Shown here: positions 52,005 to 64,000 of the stretch, in pieces
Numbering within the stretch: position 1 is the first letter of the stretch
Layout of the letters: each line of letters opens with the position of its first letter
Assembly: GCA_951406725.2 (NCBI GenBank)
Contig: OX597828.1
Coordinates: 26,350,001-26,414,000, forward strand
Length of the DNA stretch: 64,000 bases
Direction of reading: 5' to 3'
From: Octopus vulgaris
Lineage: Eukaryota
The notes under the pieces: generated by a model
The model's input: only the letters and a program-made list of their open reading frames with translations
What the model was told of the DNA's origin: nothing
The model's database searches: none
Program-made: the position numbers and the translations under genes

Positions 52005-52380
52005 GTATGGCTTTGTAGTTTGCTTGCCAACCAAGTGGTTTCAAGTTCAGTCCCACAGCATGCCACCTTAGGCTGGCGTCTTCCACTATAACCCTGAGAC
52101 AATCAATGCTGTGTGAGCGAATTTGGCAGATGGAAACTGTGTGGAAGCCCATTGTGTATGTATATATATGTATGTGTGCATGTGTGTGTCTTTATGTATG
52201 TTTGTCCCCAACACCACCACCACCACCACTTGGCAACTGGTATTGGTTTGTTTATGTCCCTGTAACTTTGAAATTCAGTGAAAATGAGTGCTGGCATTGA
52301 TTTGTGCCTTGAAAGCCAAGCCCCTGCATGGCTGCTATCCAATGACTAAAACGAATACAAGAAGAGGTAAAAGAAGAGTA
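52005..52380 (+). mobile_element. Family B SINE, degraded full length
   Basis: agttcagtcccacagcatgccaccttaggc...ggcagatggaaactgtgtggaagccc, a microsatellite, then tttatgtccctgtaact...gcatggctgctatccaatgactaaaacgaat. Confidence 0.8.
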
Positions 52381-52519
52381 CACGCACAGCTATGTAGTAA
52401 AGCTGCAGAAGACAACCCCTGTTGCAGTGGTCGAGTCAGAACCTTAAGTGTAATTAGTTTAAAACAGAATAGGTTGTGGCATAGCAAATATACAAAGCTC
52501 CCTGTGGGAACCACCAGCA

Positions 52520-52705
52520 TGGTCATACAACCTACTTGAAATAGCAGCCAAATCTTACAGAAATTACACCCTCCTTTTTTAAAAAAAAAATGGTAAATAA
52601 ATAATGGAATAACAGATTGCACAAAAGAAAATAATTGTCAGATGGTCAGAGTTTAGTGAATACCTTTAAGTACAAAGGTCTGTTCAGTTAAGGTTAACGT
52701 AGAGA
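52520..52705. repeat. Family D dispersed repeat
   Basis: acctacttgaaatagcagccaaatcttacagaaattacaccc ... gatggtcaga ... aatacctttaag...ggtctgttc. Confidence 0.5.
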
Positions 52706-53527
52706 AAAATGATGTCACACTATATCTAGGACCATATTCCTTTTATGGTTCTTTATGTGTTCCAGCCCAAAGGTTGTGGCCATGCTAGAGCATCACTATA
52801 TTATTCGAAGTTTTGTTTTTTTTCTTCTAGGATGTTTTGAGGTCAATTTTTCTTGCGGGTCAAGTTTCTTCTCCCTCTCATTCGCTTAAGTCTAAATCAA
52901 ATGCATCAGATTTTTCTTATATTTCTGGTAACTGAGAAAAAAAAAAAAACAGGAATGGAAAAACCAAAAGAGAAAGAAGAAAGCAATGAAGCAAGCATGG
53001 GACTGCTATTGTTACATCTATGGATATTCCCATCTAATTCTATGAAGGGACAACCTCCGGGTAGGTGATCCGGTTGGGGGGTGGGGACTTCAATTCTGAG
53101 TTCAAATATCTTTTGTGCTGGTAACAACAAAAACTACTTACAATATTCCAGCAGATCTAAAGAGACGAAGATGTGTGTGTAGGTGGGGTGGGGGCTTGGT
53201 TTTGCTCAGTTTTAATACTACAAAGCTCAGAGTTGAGTACCCCTTGGTCTCTGAGGTATTTATGTAGTCAAGAAAGAATACAGCAGTACACACACACTAT
53301 ATGTATATATTACTGGTATTTCTCTATTTTAATTGTCTTGAGCAGTAGGAAAAATTTTAAAAAATAAAAAATTCCATGCAACACTACTCCCCATCACCAC
53401 CACCACAGAGCTTGAAATGCCAGATGGTGGGGGAGTTGGTTGAGGGTGGGATGGAGTGGATGGAGGCTGGAGGGGTTAGGTTGGAGGTGTTTGGAAATTT
53501 CATTTCTCAGAAATTAAGCCTCAGCCA

Positions 53528-53564
<37 letters not shown>

Positions 53565-54160
53565 GGTGGTAAGAGAACTGACAGCATTGAAGGGAAAACT
53601 TGAAAAAAAAAAAAAGAAGAGAAAGAAAAAATAAAAGGGAAGGAAAAATACTGTTCTGTTCTTGTTGCTGTGTTATTAATTCTAAGGATAAATGTAGTGT
53701 TTACTAAAACAGATGACTAATGGGTGCAGCCACTGCCCTGATGATGATGGTGGTGGTGGTGGTGGTGACAGGTGGGTGAATAATGAGAGAAAGAGAGAGA
53801 TGCAGTGATAGTGGTGAGGTGGGTAGTTAGGTGGGTAGGAATTGCCAGGCAATCAAGTGAGGATGTTAAAAACTGACATATCCCCATTGTTGGGCTTGGT
53901 TAAGTGTCTGATTTATGGAACAAAGGTTGCCATAGCGATATGTTGTTTATGAATAATTAAGGTGTACAGGAGTATGTTACAGGAGTGAAATCTGAGTAAC
54001 TGCATTAATGTTAGCTGTAATTTGTTAAGGGAGAGAAAAAGAGAAAGAGAGAGAGAAGTGACGGGGGGGGGGAAGGTTACACACACACACACACAATCTA
54101 TTACTAACACCACTACAACTACTACCTGTTTAAATGCTAATATAGTCTCATAGACACACT

Positions 54161-54191
<31 letters not shown>

Positions 54192-54745
54192 TTATACACA
54201 CGCACACACACACACACTTATACACACGCACGCACACACATTACCATTGAAACCACTTGCATTACTAAATGTTATCATAATTCACCTTGTAAAGAAATTA
54301 AGTGTGTGCGTGTGTGTGTGTGTGTAAATGAATGAACGGGTGGTATGTGTAGTAGAGTGAATGAGTATGTATGTATCAGGTGTTTATGTGTAAGAAGCTG
54401 TATGTGTGTGTGTGTGTGTGTGTGTGAAAAGCAGAAACCAGCCCACCCATCCCTGACCACTGCTACCAAAATAAATTATATAGAATAGAAGATAAAATAG
54501 AAAGAAAGACAAACAAATAAATAAATAAATCTTGGATTAGATTGCACATAAATCAGCATAAAAGAATATGGTTGCTTTGAAGTTAATATCAAGGACCAGC
54601 AGTAAAGGACCACGGTAAAGGAGAGGTGTTAAGTAGACCAGGCTAAATTTCTCCTTATTATACAGACAGGCATAATGTGTATATACATACATACATAAAT
54701 AAATACATGTATGTACGTACGTATGTATGTATGTTTGTATGTACC

Positions 54746-54795
<50 letters not shown>

Positions 54796-55264
54796 TATAT
54801 ATACACACACTCATGTATATACGTAGATATACAGATACATATTATATCTTTGTGAATATAATGTATATATGTTTTATGTATGTATATATATATATATATA
54901 TTTATATGTATATGCATGTATATTATATTTCTAAGACAGAGTCAGAGGTGAAGTACATACGCACATATAAAGTACGCAGCGAGTGCACTAGTGAAATATA
55001 TGTTAGCAATCTAAAGAACTATGCACATCATGTATATATATGTGTGTGTATGTGTGTGTGTGTGTTTGTGTGTGTTTATACACATGCATATACACATATA
55101 CATGCGTGTTCATACGTAATCATATGAATATGAGAAAGTAAGTTGGGCTATCAGCTTGAAAGTATTGTTCCTATGGAACCAACCACAAGCCCTGGTCTTC
55201 TGAATGATTAAATCTATTTCTCTCTCTCTCTCTCACACACACACACAGCTATAACCAAGTACAG

Positions 55265-55304
<40 letters not shown>

Positions 55305-55361
55305 TTTGCATATACCAGTGAGCATTTCACCACAAAATAAAAATAGTGAGAAATGGTCTAC

Positions 55362-55595
55362 TAGTTGTTTAGTTGCAGGTCAGATCTAATCAAGCAGACA
55401 TATGACCAAAGAGCTTCTAAACATGACCATCACTCCTGCCTTCTTTTTCCACACTGTGTATCTAAGACTACTTAACTGATGTGTCTTTCTTTTTTATTTT
55501 CGTTAAGAATAAGATTTGAAAATTTGAAGGCGATTCAACTGCAATTGGGAAGCCATTCGAGTGTGAGTGAATAGAGAGTTCCTCATTTGCTCCCA
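55362..55595. repeat. Family D dispersed repeat
   Basis: gttgtttagttgcaggtcagatctaatcaagcagacatatgaccaaagagcttctaaacatgaccatc...atttgaaggcgattcaactgc. Confidence 0.55.
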
Positions 55596-55769
55596 TGTAT
55601 AACAGTTTTGCAAGGAATTGTACAATGAAAGAAGCTTTCTTCAAAGCACAACTACAGCAACAGCCTATGTTCCTGCCTCTCTGCAGTCATCATCATCAAC
55701 AACCCATGGATATTGCTGCCCCAAGTCTGAGGACTAATAGGACCAACTCCCAATATTACCAATCCCTAG

Positions 55770-55880
55770 CAGGGTCAACCGTTTACAGTTGAGTGGAGGG
55801 AAGCAACATGCAATGATGTGTCTTGCTGAAGAACACAGTGCAGTGCCTGATCCATGAATCAAAAACCACATGATTTACTA
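55770..55880 (-). mobile_element. Family C SINE head fragment
   Basis: tttacagttgagtggagggaagcaacatgcaatgatgtgtcttgctgaagaacacag is the reverse of the family C head/body. Confidence 0.6.
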
Positions 55881-56340
55881 TGTATTAACAGTGCATGGTA
55901 TTGAACCCTCAAGGGAGTTCCTGCACGGTTACTACGGTTACTCGACCTATTAGAAATAACAATGAAATCTTTGGTAACCCTCACGTGGCTGTCTCACAAA
56001 AAGAGAGACAGACAAACAGAAATAAAATACTGGATAATTTAGTCCTAGATTCACATTAAAAGATACCCCTGCCTCCAACACAAAAGAATCAAGAAGGGAC
56101 TCACAGCTGAAATACTTTTGAGTGTGTGTCTGCTTTATCAGGTTTCTAAACCAGGGTCCAAACAGTAACAACAACTGTTTTAAAATAATTACAACAACCA
56201 TATCTTGAGTCAAACAAACGTTCATATTTCATCAGTAACTATCCCTGGAACCAGTTTATAATCACATCAACAAATAAAATTTATTTTGCAGATCAAGATT
56301 CAGAAAGATTTCTCAAAGTAGCAATAAGAAAAGAAACCAA

Positions 56341-56375
<35 letters not shown>

Positions 56376-56603
56376 GTATGTATGTATGTATGTATATATA
56401 TATATATATGTATGTATATATGTATGTATGTATGATTAAAAAAAAAAGTACACAAAAAACTGAAATAGCACCAGCCCTCCAAAACAAAAACAAAAAAATT
56501 TGTAGATTAAAAGGAATGCTAATTAGATTTGGAGGAAACATCTTCAATTAACCAGGAAAAAACACCAAAACAGATTTACTATTAAAACTGCTAGAACTAC
56601 TGC

Positions 56604-56657
<54 letters not shown>

Positions 56658-56917
56658 TTATACCTTTACTATTTACAGTCGTTATTTATATAACAATAAT
56701 AATAATAATAATAATTGTAATGATGAAACTAGCTGATATGATCATTTAAAAAGAGTGTGATAAGGGAGAGTGAGGAGGGGGACAAATATAGAAAAATAGT
56801 TTGGGATAGTTAGATATTTGAATCATTAGATTAACAGAAAGAAATGAGGGATGAATGAAATGAAAGAAAGGAAGAAAAAAAAACGACAACAACAATAACA
56901 ATAATAATGTAAAAATT

Positions 56918-57015
56918 GGAAGAAGAAGAAGAAGAAGAAGAAGAAGAAGAAGAAGAAGAAGAAGAAGAAGATGATGATGATGATGATGACGATGACGATG
57001 ACGATGGTGATGAAG
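56918..57015. repeat. (GAA)n-(GAT/GAC)n compound microsatellite
   Basis: Read directly from the sequence. Confidence 0.95.
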
Positions 57016-57504
57016 AAAAAAGCTTGGAAATGAAATGTGTTTGCAATCAGTTATTTCTATAAATGTTTGTATTGCACACCGATAGGGGATCTAAATGAAG
57101 CTAAAACAACTTAAAATGACTTGGATAATTAGGAAGAGGAGAGAAAAATCAATTTATTCAACACCATAAAGATTGCAGTTTGAAAATAGGATTAAAACTT
57201 TTACTTGAGCTCAGTGGAAGATAGTCCACTTCAGTATATCAAGAAAATAAGAAATAAATATTTAACCAAAAAGAAGAATAAAGAAATTTTTAAAAATATA
57301 AATAATTTGTTTTTTAAAAGACAAAAAAAAAAACATCCTCTACTAGCTAAAAATCACATCTTGAACTTGATGGAATAAATATATTAAAATTAAAAAAAAT
57401 AAAGTGACACTTTCACCACCACCACCACCACCACTACCACCACTAGCTCTCTAAACTTTTTTCCTTCCTTTTCTTGAAAGAATCTAACAGCATTTTTTTT
57501 TTTG

Positions 57505-57544
<40 letters not shown>

Positions 57545-58355
57545 GGGGAGGGTTATGTTTTTGAAACATACTCAATCAACAGACACACATAAACATATAT
57601 AAATGTGTGTGTGTATGTGTGTATGTGTGTGTGTGTGTGTGTGTTTACAGGTTTCTTAGTTAAAACTGGTATTTCGAACTACCAAAGCAGAGAGCTTAAG
57701 CTAGAAAGAGAAATGAAGAGAAAGAGAGACAAACAGACAGACACAGAGAGACACAGTGAGAAAATGATGGAGAAAAGAAAGTGCGAGGGAGAGAGAGAGA
57801 GAGAGTGGTTATAGAGGAACACTCGTAGGTGGGTGTGAAGAATTATTCAAACATTTCACAATAATTTGCTTTCCTTTTTTGTTGTTGTTCATTAATCGAA
57901 GAATATCATGTTATTTGTGACACTAGCATTTTTCTTTCTTCATACATTAGGATCAAATGAATTTTCTTTAGAGGCAAAAAAAAAAAAAAACCCTCCAAGA
58001 GCCTACTACACACACATACACACACACACACACACACATATGCATGCACATATATATTATATGTTTAAAAGAAGAGGAATGACAGTGACTTCGAAGTATT
58101 GGTCTGCTGTCTTTTGAAGTTAGCTGTTACCCTTCTTGTAAAAACATAACAAAATATGTTATACTTCAAATGGAAAGTATTGAGTACTCCTTTTGTTTAA
58201 GCCTAAACTGCTTTTGTTTATAACTCAACATAAAGAAAAACACTTAAATACACACACATATATATATGTATATATGTATATCCATCTATCTATCTATTTA
58301 TCTATATCTATATCTATATATATATATATATATATATGTATACATGTATGTGTGT

Positions 58356-58356
<1 letters not shown>

Positions 58357-58388
<32 letters not shown>

Positions 58389-58557
58389 GTTTAGTGTTCG
58401 TTTTCCATGCTAGCATGGGTTGGACGGTTCAACTGGGGTCTGTGAAGCCGGAAGGCTTCATCAGGCCTAGTCAGATCTGACAGTGTTTCTATGGCTGGAT
58501 GCCCTTCCTAATGCCAACCACTCCGTGAGTGTAGTGGGCGCTTTTTATGTGCCACCA
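58357..58557 (-). mobile_element. Well-preserved RTE 3' end with (CAT)n (reverse tail)
   Basis: ttttccatgctagcatgggttggacggttcaactgggg...ggctggatgcccttcctaatgccaaccactccgtgagtgtagtggg is the reverse complement of the 17211-17360 and ~400-560 blocks. Confidence 0.9.
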
Positions 58558-58855
58558 TATATATATATATATATAGTGAGAGAGGGTGTTAATAACAATA
58601 ATCCTTGGAGGAAATTTAAATACATTTAATGCATTGCTCATTTCCATAGATCACATGACTCTTAAGATCACAGTCCATATTCCTGGGATAATTACAGTAT
58701 AGTCCATGGTATCCATGGACATTGGATTGATCATCAAAATGGAATAGGAGCTTAATTTGCATATTCAAAACGTTTCCTGTGAACAAATTTAAAAGATGTC
58801 TATATTTATAGTCGACAGATATGTAGGTGTAAACTGTTGTTATAAACTGGTTCCA

Positions 58856-59185
58856 GTGAAAGCATTGGATTAGTGGTTAGGGTATTGCACTCATAATCAT
58901 AAGGTTGTAAGTTCAATACCCAGCGAAACATTGTTTCCTTGAGCAAGACACTTTATTTCACGTTGCTCCAGACCACTCGACTGGCAAAAACGAGTCATAC
59001 CTGAATTTCAGAGGGCCAGCCTTGTCACATCTTGTGTCACACTGAGTCTCACCCTCACTGTAAACTACGATAAGGGTACATGTGTCTGTGGAGTGCTCAG
59101 CCACTTGCACATTAATTTCACGAGCTGGCAAGTCTCTTGATCGGTTCAACTGGAACCCTCGTCGTCGTAACCGACAGAGTGCTGG
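58856..59185 (+). mobile_element. tRNA-derived SINE (family C), full length
   Basis: A-box tggattagtggttag, B-box gttcaatacc, tccttgagcaagacactttatttcacgttgctccag, and body agggccagccttgtcaca...ggagtgctcagccacttgcac...ggaaccctcgtcgtcgtaaccgac. Confidence 0.85.
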
Positions 59186-59593
59186 TTAGGCCAAGAGACA
59201 CAGACAAGAGTATTGTGATGAGCGTTTTGAATAATTAACAAATACTGATCAATTCAATACTGATGCTCATTAACTGTTAGACAAACAGAAATTTACACCT
59301 CACTTTTAAAAACCTGTAATATCCAGAATAATGTTTATTTAGTAAAAATGCATTAAGATGGGTGGCAGGGATGAGTATGAAAATAAGAAGAGGAAAAAAC
59401 CAACTTCTCTACATATTTCCCAATATTTCCAGCTGTCACCCACCCAGAAATTTCTATCTTAGAAAAATAAAAACACACACACACACACACACACATATAC
59501 ACGGAGTTAGGTGTTAGTTCATTGAATACCATTCTATATTTTGCACAAGAGGTAGGGAGGTGGACTAAACCATTTCTTTCATTTCTTTCATTT

Positions 59594-60074
59594 AAGGTGG
59601 CGAGCTGGCAGAAACGTTAGCACGCCGGGCGAAATGCGTGGCCGTATTTCGTCTGCCGTTACATTCTGAGTTCAAATTCCGCCGAGGTCGACTTTGCCTT
59701 TCATCCTTTCGGGGTCGATAAATTAAGTACCAGTTACGCACTGGGGTCGATGTAATCGACTTAATCCGTTTGTCTGTCCTTGATTGTCCTCTCTGTGTTT
59801 AGCCCCTTGTGGGTAGTAAAGAAATACATTTCTTTCATTTAAGGCGGCGAGCTGGCAGAAACATTAGCACGCCGGGCGAAATGCGTGGCCGTATTTCGTC
59901 TGCCATTACATTCTGAGTTCAAATTCCGCCGAGGTCGACTTTGCCTTTCATCCTTTCGGGGTCGATAAATTAAGTACCAGTTACGCACTGGGGTCGATGT
60001 AATCGACTTAATCCGTTTGTCTGTCCTTGATTGTCCTCTCTGTGTTTAGCCCCTTGTGGGTAGTAAAGAAATAG
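59594..60074 (+). mobile_element. Tandem pair of young family A SINEs (period 247 bp)
   Basis: Copies at 59594-59826 and 59841-60074. The target sequence atttctttcattt occurs before, between and after them. Confidence 0.95.
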
Positions 60075-60699
60075 GTATTTCTTTCATTTGGCCTTCAGAA
60101 GAATTGATCACAAACAGAGTGAACAAATGAAATGCTTGTCAGGTTTATTGCACTGTTGTTGTTGCTGACAACAGAGGACAGTGACCACAGCAGTAAGCAG
60201 GGGGAACACTGAGGTACTACATACAGGATTAAGAGGGGGGCCAGACAGTTTAGCTTTAATAGTCATAACTAGAGACATAGACAAACTATGACGCACAGAC
60301 TGATTTACTATTTGTGGTGCCTATACCATAATACCATTAGATGTTTAGGTTTTATTACTACAGAAAAATCTCTCACTTGCACATTACTGACAACCAGTTG
60401 ACTGCCATTGACACATAATCATCAACGGTCAAAATGCTAAAAAATCAACAGATTTCATCACAATTTATGCAGGCCATATTTCAGAGATGTGGGGGTGAGC
60501 ACGCATGCATTTATTTATTAAATGTTTCCTAATACAACACACTTCTAAAGATCTAAATGTTATTATGCACGAAGTGAATTTCCAAGAAAACAATTCATAA
60601 ACTACATACAATCTGCTCTGCTTTTAGAATATTGTCCTGTTTAGCTTAGTTTTTTAATTTTTTATAACCTATGAATTTCTCAAATCCTTTGACCCGGTG

Positions 60700-60752
<53 letters not shown>

Positions 60753-62712
60753 CCACATCTATCTATCTATCTATATATATATATATATAAATGCATATAT
60801 CATAAGAATTTAGAAACTGTAATAGACATAAAATAAATAATTTCACTAGTAAACTTGAAGTAGATCAAGCTATTAAATAATATTAGGTTGAAAAAAAAAA
60901 CAGCCTTGGATGGAAAAAGTGAAAGCTGAATGTTTGATTTGAACCCATATTTTCTGTAGATGTGACAGACGTTCTACCATTGTACTAAAGCAATCTTCAA
61001 ATTATTCCATTCATTTTAGAAACTTTGTTCTTACCAGCAAGAATTGTATACCAATATATAAACAAGTCCATCATTACTAAATTTGATAAATGACTAAGTA
61101 CAATAGTAACTAACCAATTAACACTCCCACCCACCCATACACGTATCAACAACTAAAACTATTTAAAACATCCAAAGACTTGGTGGAGGTTAATAGTATC
61201 ACAGATGGCCAGAACTCTACAACACAACCAATCTTTAATGATTTACAATATAAAAGATGACCAGAGATTTTTTCCTTCTATCTTATTTTTTTTTTGTAAT
61301 ATATAACTTTTAAATTAAGCAAAAATATAAAAGAAAATCAAAACACAATAAATTCTGTAGTTTTGTTTGTCTGTATTGGTGTGTGTTTTAATTTTTTTTT
61401 TTTTCATAATTATTTATTTGCATATTTAGGAATTTTTCATTGTTAACTCATGTGATAAGCACATATTTTGGTAATAATCAACAACCACTTGCAATGAAAA
61501 GTAGCCCAAGATGAATCAAAAGACTATCAGCCAAAATAACAATGATAATGATGACTATGGTAATGATGACGACAGTGATGATGATGATGATGATGATGAT
61601 GATAACAATAAAACATTAAAAAAAATAAAATAAATAATAATAATAATAATTCATAACTGATTTCATGAATAATTATGAAAATATTCAAACATGGATCCTT
61701 TGAAAGAAGTTTATTATCTCCAAAAATTATTTTGTCTTTGACCGTTTCATGTTTCAATGCATTTCATTTAGGTGTATGTGTGTGTGTGTGTGTAAACGTG
61801 TCTATAGGAGGAGGGTAAGATGTGGCTACCAAAACTTTTCGCACATAATGAATAATTCATGAGAGGTGAGGTGAGTGAGTTAGAGAAAGAGAGGAAGTGA
61901 AACAGACAGAGAGAGAAACATTGACAAGCTAAATGTATTCTAAGGTTTTTAATTATCTGAGCAAGACTAAATTGTTATGTATATATTCAGAATATAAACT
62001 TTCACAACCTTTCCTAGTTTACCTGCTAGACATAAAACTTAATAATAATCTCTAGGTTAGAATTTCCTTCGTCACTTATTTATTTTATTTTATTTTTTTA
62101 AATTTTGATAATTAAAAAAAAAAAAAGAAAAACTACTGGAAATAATTTCTTAATCTAAGGAATGTAGACAGACACACAGACAGACTCACAGACTCCCCCA
62201 CACATACACACACACAAAAAGAATTAAGAAGAGAAATAAAGAACTTGTAAAATTACTATCCAAAAGACAAGTCTAAATAAGCCATTAAAATAGTTAACGA
62301 TTCAATAATGAACTATTACTATGACAATAATAATAATAATAGTAATAATAACAACAACAACATTAACTATTAATTAACTATTACTATGGCAATGCAATAA
62401 CAACAATTGCAGCAACAGCATCAACTTTGGACATTAAGAAGACAAAATGGTGGTGATGTGTTACAGAAGATAATGTGAGAATGTACCAAAGACAATAGAG
62501 GGAGAGAGAGAGAGAGAGAGCATGTGAGGAAAGAGAAGAGAGAATATTAAATAGTTTATTGTTGTTGAAAGAGAAGAAACAATAGATTGACATAAAATGA
62601 ATTAGAGAGAGAGAGAGAGAGAGAGAGAATAGATGAAAGAGAGACTGAGAGAAAAGAAGTGTATATATGTTGAAGACAAAGACAGAGTTATACATGAGTA
62701 GGAGAAAGAGAC

Positions 62713-62773
<61 letters not shown>

Positions 62774-62929
62774 AAATATGAAATCAATTGTTTTTTTTTT
62801 TTTTTTTTGGTCTTTAGTCTGAATTATCCAGCAGAAGATAATTTTGTTAGAGTTTAAGATAGAGCTTAAAGGTTAGAAAGGGGGAACGGGGAGGTATTAT
62901 AGATAGGGGTGTATAATTTGGCCAATAAG

Positions 62930-63250
62930 ATGGCCGAGTGGTTAAGAAGTTCACTTTGTAACTGTGAGATTCAAGTTTCAATCCTAATGTATAACATCTG
63001 AAGCAAAATGACTCAGGTAGACTCAGGTAGACTCAAGTATCGTGAATGAAACTGAGTAGACGGTGATGGGGTGTGGCAGTCCTTTAGATAGATTGTACCT
63101 GCAATTCAAAGGTCCAAGCCTTGTCACATGCTGTGTCATGCAGATTTTGTCCCAACCAACTCTGAGGAGTACTCAGCCACTAATACAGTAATTTAACGAA
63201 CAGATAGTTCAGTTGATCAAACTATGGAAGGCTCAAAACTGACAGAGTAT
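62930..63250 (+). mobile_element. Degraded chimeric SINE (family B-like head, family C body)
   Basis: tggccgagtggttaagaagttcactttgtaac...gagtagacgg, then tgtacctgcaattcaaaggtccaagccttgtcacatgctgtgtca...gagtactcagccact. Confidence 0.6.
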
Positions 63251-63503
63251 GCATCGCAATGCCATCATCAGAAAAAAAGGAAACTATCACCCAAGAGGCT
63301 AACAGATGTTATACCATTACTGACCAATATACTGTGTCTATTGACTAACACACTTAACTATGAAATGCCTAAGTTTATCTGGTTGAATATGGATTCCACA
63401 GCAACTATAGAACTAACAGCCACGGTAGCACTGTGAAAGCATCAAGGGTTTCATTAGCTGTTACATCTAAGTTAATTCAACAATAGTTTGGAATGTGTCC
63501 AGA

Positions 63504-63545
<42 letters not shown>

Positions 63546-63728
63546 TAATGAGAGCAAAAACAGAAAACAAAACAAGGGGTCAAATTTTAACAAAGATGTT
63601 ATTAGTAATAAAAGGAAAGGAAAGAGTCTTTGATGTATCAGATGCTAGCCCTTCATCAGAAGAAAGAAAAGAAAGAATGAGAAAAAGAATAGGAGGAAAA
63701 GTCATGGGAAAGAATTATATATATAAAT

Positions 63729-64000
63729 ACATCATCATCATCATCATCGTTTAACATCTGCTTTCCATGCTGGTATGGGTTGGATGGTTTGACTGAGGAC
63801 TGGCGAGCCAGAAGGCTGCACCAGGCTCCAATCTGATCTGGCATAGTTTCTACAGCTGGATGCCCTGCCTAATGCCAGCCACTCCGAGAGTTTAGTGGGT
63901 GCTTTTACGTGCCACTGGTACAATGGCCAGTCCAGCAGCACTGGCAACGACCATGCTTGAATGTTGTTTTTCACGTGCCACCGGCACATGTGCCAGTAAG
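63729..64000 (-). mobile_element. RTE 3' end; runs off the window end
   Basis: (cat)n cgtttaacatctgctttccatgctggtatgggttggatggtt...ctgatctggcatagtttctacagctggatgccctgcctaatgccagccactcc. Confidence 0.9.

Noticed and set aside
59594-59700. tRNA genes at A/B-box-containing heads (also 23250, 41718, 58856)
   Set aside because: No complete cloverleaf is evident, and each head continues into a SINE body and tail.
60138-60175. miR-92-family seed TATTGCAC within a short ttgtcag/ctgacaa stem
   Set aside because: The sequence after the seed does not match miR-92 (TATTGCACTTGTCCCGGCC), and the seed lies in the loop of a 7 bp stem rather than on a 3' arm.
63010-63039. 3 x 10 bp GACTCAGGTA repeat
   Set aside because: Ordinary slippage duplication inside a degraded SINE.

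Overview
This window is AT-rich, microsatellite-saturated animal non-coding DNA, not prokaryotic. The repeat repertoire points to a coleoid cephalopod, most likely Octopus: tRNA-derived SINEs with CORE-like and Nin/Deu-like bodies, RTE-type LINE 3' ends with (GAT)n tails, and dense (TA)n/(CA)n/(GA)n/(AAT)n tracts. That assignment is recognised from memory, not from a database search. I find no supportable intact protein-coding gene; the supplied ORFs are mostly translations of simple repeats or SINEs. Supported content: two degenerate RTE ORF fragments, many RTE 3' tails, three tRNA-SINE families plus one unclassified dispersed repeat, a complete non-autonomous Helitron, a piggyBac-type MITE with TTAA duplications, degenerate hAT and Tc1-like MITEs, and a 3x139 bp tandem repeat. 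The most interesting oddities are a ~76 bp local sequence captured at the 5' junction of an RTE insertion, a tandem SINE duplication whose only differences are CpG transitions, SINE module shuffling, inverted repeat pairs and hairpins (possible ADAR or small-RNA substrates), perfect palindromes, an ATCGAT/ATCAAT motif cluster, and weak microexon candidates. I cannot support a new multi-gene biological system here. Boundaries of degraded repeats are approximate.
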